The position numbers were made by a program, and so were the translations under genes. A stretch of DNA of 13,364 bases from an uncultured Spirochaetota bacterium. Lineage in GTDB: Bacteria; Spirochaetota; Spirochaetia; SZUA-6; Fen-1364. Below are positions 8,373 through 13,364 of the stretch, piece by piece. The stretch covers positions 1 to 13,364 of the forward strand of contig CAVUXE010000079.1 of NCBI GenBank assembly GCA_963745235.1, given 5' to 3'. Positions within the stretch are counted from its first letter, which is position 1, and each line of letters opens with the position of its first letter. A model generated the notes under the pieces. The model saw nothing but the letters and a program-made list of their open reading frames with translations, searched no databases and had not been told where the DNA came from.

Positions 8373-8744
8373 ATGCCTTTCGGTCTCCAGCCCATTCACC
8401 TGGTGGTGATTGTCATCGTCGCGCTTCTCATTTTCGGGCCACGGCGCCTTCCACAGATTGGAAAATGGCTTGCCAGGACGTTCTCGGAGTTCCGCAGGGG
8501 CGCCCGCGACATGGCGGACGGATTCCGGGAGGAGACAGCAGCGCAGGAACAGCCAGGGAGCAAAAGCGGAGCCGCTGAGGGTCAAAAAGCTCCGCAGGCG
8601 GATGCAGTACGGACCGGGCCTGCAAGCCAGTCAGCATCGCCATACCCCGAGACAGGAACCGGCAACTACTGCACGAGCTGCGGCGCATCGAACGCCTCCG
8701 ACGCCAGGTTCTGCAACAAATGCGGGACCCGTCTGCCAACGTGA
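8373..8744 (+). CDS. tatA: Twin-arginine translocase TatA/E subunit with C-terminal zinc ribbon, 123 aa
   Basis: MPFGLQPIHLVVIVIVALLIFGPRRLPQIGKWLARTFSEFRRG (TM, FG hinge, amphipathic helix); C-terminal CTSC-x10-CNKC; AGGAGG Shine-Dalgarno. Confidence 0.9.
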   Translation: MPFGLQPIHLVVIVIVALLIFGPRRLPQIGKWLARTFSEFRRGARDMADGFREETAAQEQPGSKSGAAEGQKAPQADAVRTGPASQSASPYPETGTGNYCTSCGASNASDARFCNKCGTRLPT

Positions 8745-9300
8745 CCCCGGACGGCGGCCGGCTCCTTGACCACCTGGAGGAGGCGCCGTCGCATTCTCAT
8801 TTCCCTGCTTGCGGTGGTGCTGGCCGCCGCTGCCTGCTTCGTCTTCGCTGACGGGATCCTCGACATCCTGCTCCAGCCATCCGGGGGCCTGCAGCTTCGG
8901 GCATTCGGCCTCATGGACGGTTTCATGATCAAGCTGAGGCTGGCCTTGTACGCGGGGATCGTCGTGGCATTCCCCGTATGGGCATGGCAAGCCGCGCGAT
9001 TCGCAGGGCCGGCGCTCCTGCACGAGGAAAAGCGGCGCATGGCCCCTTTCCTCGGGCATCACTGCTGCTTTTCGCCGCGGGCACGGTGTTTGGCTACTCT
9101 CTCCTGACCGAAATGATCAAGGTCCTGGTTGGGCTTTTTCCTCCGAGGATCGAGTACCTGCCTTCAGCCACTGACTACCTGGCCTTTGTTTCCTTCTTTC
9201 TTCTTGCATGCGGCGTCGCGTTCCAGCTGCCGTGCGTGCTGGTGCTTCTTGTCTCCCTGCGGGTGCTGCGGGCGCAGACGCTGCGTAGGCCGCGTCGAGG
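8741..9300 (+). pseudogene. tatC: tatC, two frameshifts (near 8783 and 9055) and truncated after TM4
   Basis: GTG overlaps the tatA stop. Reads LLDHLEE / RRRILISL...FMIKLRLAL..G.....P...WQ...F..PAL..EEKR / LFAAG..FGY...DYL.F.......GVAFQLP...LR..RR. TM5-6 are absent, with only about 40 bp left before the convergent gene. Confidence 0.85.
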
Positions 9301-9336
9301 CGCGGCGCGACCGGCGGGCCCAGGACACTTCCGGGC

Positions 9337-10803
9337 TTATGAACGGCCCGCGGGCCGCGGCGAAACAGTGATTGCCGTTTTCGGGGCGGGGCAGTTCGCC
9401 TGGCAGATTCCGTATCCGATGCAACGGGATTCGACCACGGACGGAAACTTCAAGACGGCCGGCCCTGATGGCCGCATGATCTTTTCCCTGCGGGGAAACA
9501 CCACGGCCTTCTCAGGGGTCGGGCACACCTCCTCACACACCAGGCACGGCTTTCCATCCTTGTAGACCACGCACGTGTCCTGGTCGATGACGGCAAGCCC
9601 GATCGGTGTCTGCTGCTTGTCCCGCAGCGTCTGAAGCGGGATTGCCTGATTGGGACACACGAGCTGGCACACCTGACAGCGGAAGTCGCACCCGTTGGCG
9701 TCGAAGCGCAGCCTCGGAGCAAGAAACCCCGGAAAGCCCTCTTCGATCCCCGCGGGCTCGATGATGCGGTTCGGACAGGACTCCACGCAGTGGTGGCACC
9801 TGATGCATCGCTTGAGGAATGTCTCCTCATCAACGACTCCGGGCGGACGAAGAAGCGCGGGCAAGACGCCTGCGGGCTTGCCCGGCGCTCCGGCGCCCCC
9901 GTTGACCCGCCGCGCTCCCGCCAGCGCGGCCAGCGCACCACCCATGAGCGCACCGCCCAGCAATCCTGCGCCCGCGATGAGGAATTGCCTGCGACCGGGG
10001 TCGAAGGCGTCCACGCGCGCGATACCTGACCTCGCGGGTCGCCGCCGCGCCGAAGGCCGCACAAGGAAGAAGCCTTGCACCGGGCAGCCGCTCTCGAATG
10101 CGAAGCAGAGAGTACACCGGTGCGGCAGGACGGTTCTGCGGGCGGCGTCAGCAGCCTGCATGGGACAGCGGTCGCAGGCGCCGCAACGCGCGCAGCGGCG
10201 GATTGCCAGCCTGGGAAACGGCGCCCGGGCGAACAAGCCGTACAGCGCACCCAGCGGGCAAAGATAGACGCACCACAGCCGGCGCCCGAAAACGGATGCA
10301 ATCACCACGAGGCCAAGGAACACCATGCCCGTCAGCGAGAGGGAAAAGATTCTCACGATCCAGACGTTGGGGTGGACAAAAGGGAGCACACCGGCGTTGG
10401 TGAAGATCCCGAAAATCGTCATCCCCAGAATCGCAATTGATGGGGGGAAACGTACAAGGACCGAACCAGGCCCGGATGGGCGTATCCTCAGCGGGTTCCG
10501 CCGCCGCAGCGGAGAGAGGAGCAGGTCAGAAAGCTCGACCAGGCTGCCCAACGGGCATACCCAGCCGCAAAAGACCCGGCCCAGCATTCCCGCGAGAAGC
10601 AGGAGCGCACACACGGGGAAAAGGAGGAGAAGATCCCCGCGAGGATTGGTGAGAAAGACGAGCGGATCCCACCGCAGGAAGGGGTTCTGCACTACGGCAA
10701 ACGGATCCTGGGACCTGAGGAACACGAACAGAAAGCCGGCGGCGAAGAGTACCTGCGAGACAATCCTGAACGCCTTGAGCAGCCCCAGGGTGCGCGATCT
10801 CAT
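9337..10803 (-). CDS. Membrane polyferredoxin (NapH/MauN-like N-terminus fused to a NapG/MauM-like ferredoxin), 488 aa
   Basis: GRVFCGWVCPLG and RLWCVYLCPLGAL, about 4 TM, CxxCxxC motifs, internal GRRQFL plus TM, then LRPPG....FLKRCIRCHHCVESCP, C..VCP and CLVCEEVCP. Confidence 0.9.
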   Translation of the reverse strand: MRSRTLGLLKAFRIVSQVLFAAGFLFVFLRSQDPFAVVQNPFLRWDPLVFLTNPRGDLLLLFPVCALLLLAGMLGRVFCGWVCPLGSLVELSDLLLSPLRRRNPLRIRPSGPGSVLVRFPPSIAILGMTIFGIFTNAGVLPFVHPNVWIVRIFSLSLTGMVFLGLVVIASVFGRRLWCVYLCPLGALYGLFARAPFPRLAIRRCARCGACDRCPMQAADAARRTVLPHRCTLCFAFESGCPVQGFFLVRPSARRRPARSGIARVDAFDPGRRQFLIAGAGLLGGALMGGALAALAGARRVNGGAGAPGKPAGVLPALLRPPGVVDEETFLKRCIRCHHCVESCPNRIIEPAGIEEGFPGFLAPRLRFDANGCDFRCQVCQLVCPNQAIPLQTLRDKQQTPIGLAVIDQDTCVVYKDGKPCLVCEEVCPTPEKAVVFPRREKIMRPSGPAVLKFPSVVESRCIGYGICQANCPAPKTAITVSPRPAGRS

Positions 10804-10811
10804 TTGACCGC

Positions 10812-11711
10812 CTACGCGCCAGCCCTCTGTACGGTGTAGCCGGATGCCTTGCCGACGCCGGCCTTCTCCGCCTTTGCAATGGAGCCGATCTCCGCGGCGC
10901 GTCGACCGAACAATTTCGCCGCCTCCGCGTCGGCGGAAACGGGATTCGAGGCCGCAATGAAGGTGTCCAGACGCTTGAGGTCTTCCGGCCTGCCGCCCGT
11001 GGGACCGCCGCGAAGCATGATGGAGGAGGCATCTATCAAAGTCAGGTGGGAGCGGACGACACGGTTGATGTCAGCGATGTCGTCATCCAGCGCCCAGTGC
11101 CATTTCCCCCGCTGGTCCCCGCTGATGCCCATGAGGTTCTTCAGGGCGAGGGTCAGGCCGGCCATCCCGTGGGTCTTGGCGACAGGCACATTCACGAGGG
11201 TGTCGCATTCCAGGACATACCGGTTGACAAGGGATTCCTGGAGATCATAGGCGCCGGGGATTTCGACGCGGGGGTACAGCTTCGTATCTTTCGCGTTGTC
11301 CACCTGGAGCACCCGGGCGCCCGCTTCTTCCGCGGCTCTCTGGATGCCGGAGGTCACGTACGCGAGCCGGGGATTGTCGACCGAGCGGTCGAAAACGTAC
11401 ACCTTCGAAGCCCCGGCCTCAAAACACAGGTGCACCAGGGTGCGGACAACAACGGGGTCCGTGGTTGCCTTTACCTCGGGCGGCGAGTTCCACCCGATGT
11501 TCGGCTTGACCACCACCACGTGGCCCGGTTTCACGTAGGCCCGAATTCCGCCGACCAGATCCACCGCTGCGGTCACGGCTTTCTGGTAGTCAGCGCCGGT
11601 AGCGATGCCGACGTCCGGTGTCGCGGCCGCCAGGCCGACCGGGAAGAGCCTGCGCGCCGCAAAGTAAAAGGAAGATGCGATGGCGCCCTTGAGGAACTCA
11701 CGTCTTGTCAC
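10812..11711 (-). CDS. DUF362 domain protein with Tat signal peptide, 299 aa
   Basis: MTRREFLK signal; VVVKPNIGW, TTDP.VV, NVPVAKTH...GLTLALKNLMG and GPTGG motifs. Confidence 0.9.
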   Translation of the reverse strand: MTRREFLKGAIASSFYFAARRLFPVGLAAATPDVGIATGADYQKAVTAAVDLVGGIRAYVKPGHVVVVKPNIGWNSPPEVKATTDPVVVRTLVHLCFEAGASKVYVFDRSVDNPRLAYVTSGIQRAAEEAGARVLQVDNAKDTKLYPRVEIPGAYDLQESLVNRYVLECDTLVNVPVAKTHGMAGLTLALKNLMGISGDQRGKWHWALDDDIADINRVVRSHLTLIDASSIMLRGGPTGGRPEDLKRLDTFIAASNPVSADAEAAKLFGRRAAEIGSIAKAEKAGVGKASGYTVQRAGA

Positions 11712-11746
11712 GCATTCATTGTAGACCCTGACTCCAAGGCGCGCAA
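11712..11746 (-). promoter_or_regulatory. Leaderless sigma70 promoter of the DUF362-polyferredoxin operon
   Basis: TTGCGC (11746-11741), 17 bp, TACAAT (11723-11718), 6 nt, GTG 11711; no Shine-Dalgarno. Confidence 0.7.
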
Positions 11747-11769
11747 CGGAACGGGGGTCAGCGCACCTG

Positions 11770-12223
11770 TCACGTCTTTGACGGCCGACCTTCCAGGAGG
11801 ATCTTCAGACGTCTGAGGTCCTTGCGATTTGCCCGGCGGATGCCCAGCGCCATGAGTGGCAGAGCCAGCACGGAAAAGCCGGAAGGATTGCCGCGATTTC
11901 GAAGCGTCATGCGCGTCTTCCCGTCCCCTGCCCGGTTCCCACGAATAGGTGGTCTCCATTGGGAACGGACCCTGCCGGGTGCGCATGACCAACCTTCGGT
12001 TGGCAGCCAGGTCCACGACCTCGTAGACATATGACATGCGCCGTCCCAGGAAGTGGGCCACGAAGGCTATCCGCGAGCCGAGAGCCAGGGGCGGCGAAGT
12101 CCTCCATTCGACGGACGTGATATTCTGGTACCACTCGGGCGCGTTGTCAGGGTTTGCGCTGTAGGCTGCAACCGTCTCAGGAGAGCAGCCAATGACGATC
12201 TCAGTGACCACGTCAACGGGCAT
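11770..12223 (-). pseudogene. SRPBCC (polyketide cyclase/dehydrase-like) protein, frameshifted near 11932 (one extra base)
   Basis: MPVDV...NPDNAPEWYQNI...FVAHFLGRR..Y.YEV...GPFPMETTYSW joins GDGKTRMTLRNRGNPSGFS...RRANRKDL..LK..LE. Span is 454 nt (3n+1). Confidence 0.83.
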
Positions 12224-12226
12224 GCC

Positions 12227-12679
12227 TCAGCCCCCGTCCCTCGCCCCGGTCTTTGTCGCTGCCACATCCTGTTCAAATCCGGACAAAATAAAGCCCCACC
12301 CCTGGCGGTGGCTCTCCATGACCGCCGCCTCCGGGAACAGCTCGTGCGTCAGAACCACCCGCGTGCTGCGGGCAGAAAGTCTTTCGAAGTCGACCGTCAC
12401 AAGGGTGTTGTCGCTATAAGGGCTGTTCCACGAGAAGACGAGCTTCTCGGGCCGCCGGATAACGTGGTATTCGCCGTGGTGCAGGATCTCCGCCTGGTCC
12501 AGCTTCATCATGATACGAAACTTGCCGCCCATCACCGGGTCGGTTTTTGCCTCCGCGCTGCCTCCCGGCCCGGGAATCATCCATCGGCCCAGAGATGCCG
12601 GGTCCAGCCACGCATCAAACACCTCTTCGATGGGCCCCGAGATGACTTTCTCAAGCCGCAAAGAGAAGGTCTCACCCAT
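12227..12679 (-). CDS. SRPBCC/AHSA1 protein, 150 aa
   Basis: VFDAWLDP..LGRWM.PG, D...GG.FRI.M, H.GEY..I.RPEKLVFSW, H..GW motifs; overlaps the arsR stop. Confidence 0.9.
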   Translation of the reverse strand: MGETFSLRLEKVISGPIEEVFDAWLDPASLGRWMIPGPGGSAEAKTDPVMGGKFRIMMKLDQAEILHHGEYHVIRRPEKLVFSWNSPYSDNTLVTVDFERLSARSTRVVLTHELFPEAAVMESHRQGWGFILSGFEQDVAATKTGARDGG

Positions 12680-13022
12680 TCCAGTCCTCCATCCGTTTTT
12701 CGTCGAAAAGCCCCGCCAGGTGCTCCAGCCGAACCGACCAGAACCTTCTGTAATAGCGCAGCCAGCGCTCCACATCGAGCAGACGGTCGGGATCCAGTCG
12801 GATGTGATGCTCCCTGCCGTGGACTGTCCGCCTGACAAGGCGCGCCCGCTCCAGAACCTTGATGTGCTTTGAAACAGTGTTCAGGGAAAGGCGATAGCTC
12901 CGTGCGAGCTCCGTGACCCGTGTCTCCCCCGAACGGGAAAGGTGACGCATCATGTTGCGCCGGGTCCGGTGGCTGAGGCTGAAGAACAGGGCGTCGAGCT
13001 CTCTCTCCAAATATTCACCCAT
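12672..13022 (-). CDS. ArsR/SmtB-family repressor, 116 aa
   Basis: MGEYLERELDALFFSLSHRTRR...VTELA....SLNTVSKHIKVLERARLV.R...GREH; start reassigned to ATG 13022. Confidence 0.9.
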   Translation of the reverse strand: MGEYLERELDALFFSLSHRTRRNMMRHLSRSGETRVTELARSYRLSLNTVSKHIKVLERARLVRRTVHGREHHIRLDPDRLLDVERWLRYYRRFWSVRLEHLAGLFDEKRMEDWNG

Positions 13023-13058
13023 CAGGGTGAATATAAAGCCGTCGTCCGGCAACGTCAA
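13011..13058 (-). promoter_or_regulatory. Leaderless promoter plus 10-4-10 inverted-repeat operator over the arsR start
   Basis: TTGACG (13058-13053), 17 bp, TATATT (13035-13030), 7 nt, ATG; ATATTCACCC-ATCA-GGGTGAATAT at 13011-13034. Confidence 0.85.
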
Positions 13059-13106
13059 CGAGAAAGCATACGGCTCGAGCCCGACCTGTCTCGAACCCGG
13101 CGAGGC

Positions 13107-13249
13107 GTCGACGCCGTGTTCCCTGCACAATGCCGCGATCTGAGCGTCGAAAACAAGGTTGTCCGTCGCCTCTTTCCAGGAGCGCGTCCGCTGCCGCGAC
13201 AGCCTGGGCGATGGCAGAGCGCGGATCGAAAAAGAGCACGGTGGGTTGC
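13107..13249 (-). pseudogene. Decayed PIN/VapC toxin remnant
   Basis: Fragments in different frames: ATHRAL / FDPRSAIAQAVAAADALLE / ATDNLVFDAQIAALCREHGVD. No N- or C-terminus, and an internal segment appears deleted. Confidence 0.65.
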
Positions 13250-13274
13250 CAGGAGAGGCCTTACGTTTTGGAGA

Positions 13275-13303
13275 TTTCCAAACCAGCGTCACTGTGCTAT
13301 AGT
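13275..13303 (+). promoter_or_regulatory. Putative promoter for a gene starting at the right edge
   Basis: TTTCCA (13275-13280), 17 bp, extended -10 TGcTATAGT (13295-13303). Confidence 0.5.
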
Positions 13304-13314
13304 AGGAACGCTTC

Positions 13315-13344
13315 ACCCTGACAGCGTACCCTGACGGCGTACCC
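13315..13344 (+). repeat. 13-bp tandem repeat, 2.3 copies
   Basis: ACCCTGACAGCGT ACCCTGACGGCGT ACCC. Confidence 0.8.
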
Positions 13345-13354
13345 GCAAAGGATC

Positions 13355-13364
13355 ATGAACATCA
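13355..13364 (+). CDS. Probable start of a gene continuing beyond the window (MNI...)
   Basis: AAGGA closely precedes ATG AAC ATC, downstream of the promoter. Only 3 codons are visible. Confidence 0.3.

Noticed and set aside
8741-9107. Programmed or compensating frameshifting in tatC (the two shifts sum to one codon)
   Set aside because: The starting frame hits TGA near 8849, no slippery heptamer is seen, and the gene is truncated anyway.
692-12872. Many long antisense or alternate-frame ORFs (e.g. 692-1345, 2851-3552, 5499-6323, 9450-10301, 11046-11816, 12053-12835)
   Set aside because: Shadow ORFs expected at high GC; they overlap well-supported genes and show no family motifs.
13023-13316. 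214-aa PIN-ArsR fusion
   Set aside because: arsR has its own promoter and operator at 13011-13058; the upstream in-frame part is a chance read through a decayed remnant.
1-13364. Integron cassette array (TA, VOC and small genes)
   Set aside because: Genes lie in both orientations with their own promoters and overlapping operons; I found no recurring attC-like structures and no integrase.

Overview
GC-rich bacterial accessory region, densely coding, with no rRNA, tRNA, CRISPR array or transposase. From the left: a complete vapBC-type (RHH + PIN) toxin-antitoxin pair; three VOC/glyoxalase-superfamily genes divergent from a GlxA-type (GATase1-AraC) regulator; a divergent DUF2277/DUF2203 pair; an ArsR-SRPBCC operon; a DUF998-like membrane gene; a thioesterase; DUF1761; and dinB plus a small conserved ORF. 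Next comes a Tat module (tatA with a C-terminal zinc ribbon, then a frameshifted and truncated tatC) converging on a Tat-signal DUF362 gene and a NapH/NapG-like polyferredoxin with an internal twin-arginine motif. The right end holds a second ArsR-SRPBCC-SRPBCC operon, a decayed PIN-toxin remnant and the promoter and start of a gene leaving the window. Notable sequence-level signals: six apparently leaderless promoters, two ArsR operators centred on their own start codons, an ECF42-like promoter, and five frameshifts confined to 5.9-12 kb. All family calls come from motif recognition; no searches were run.
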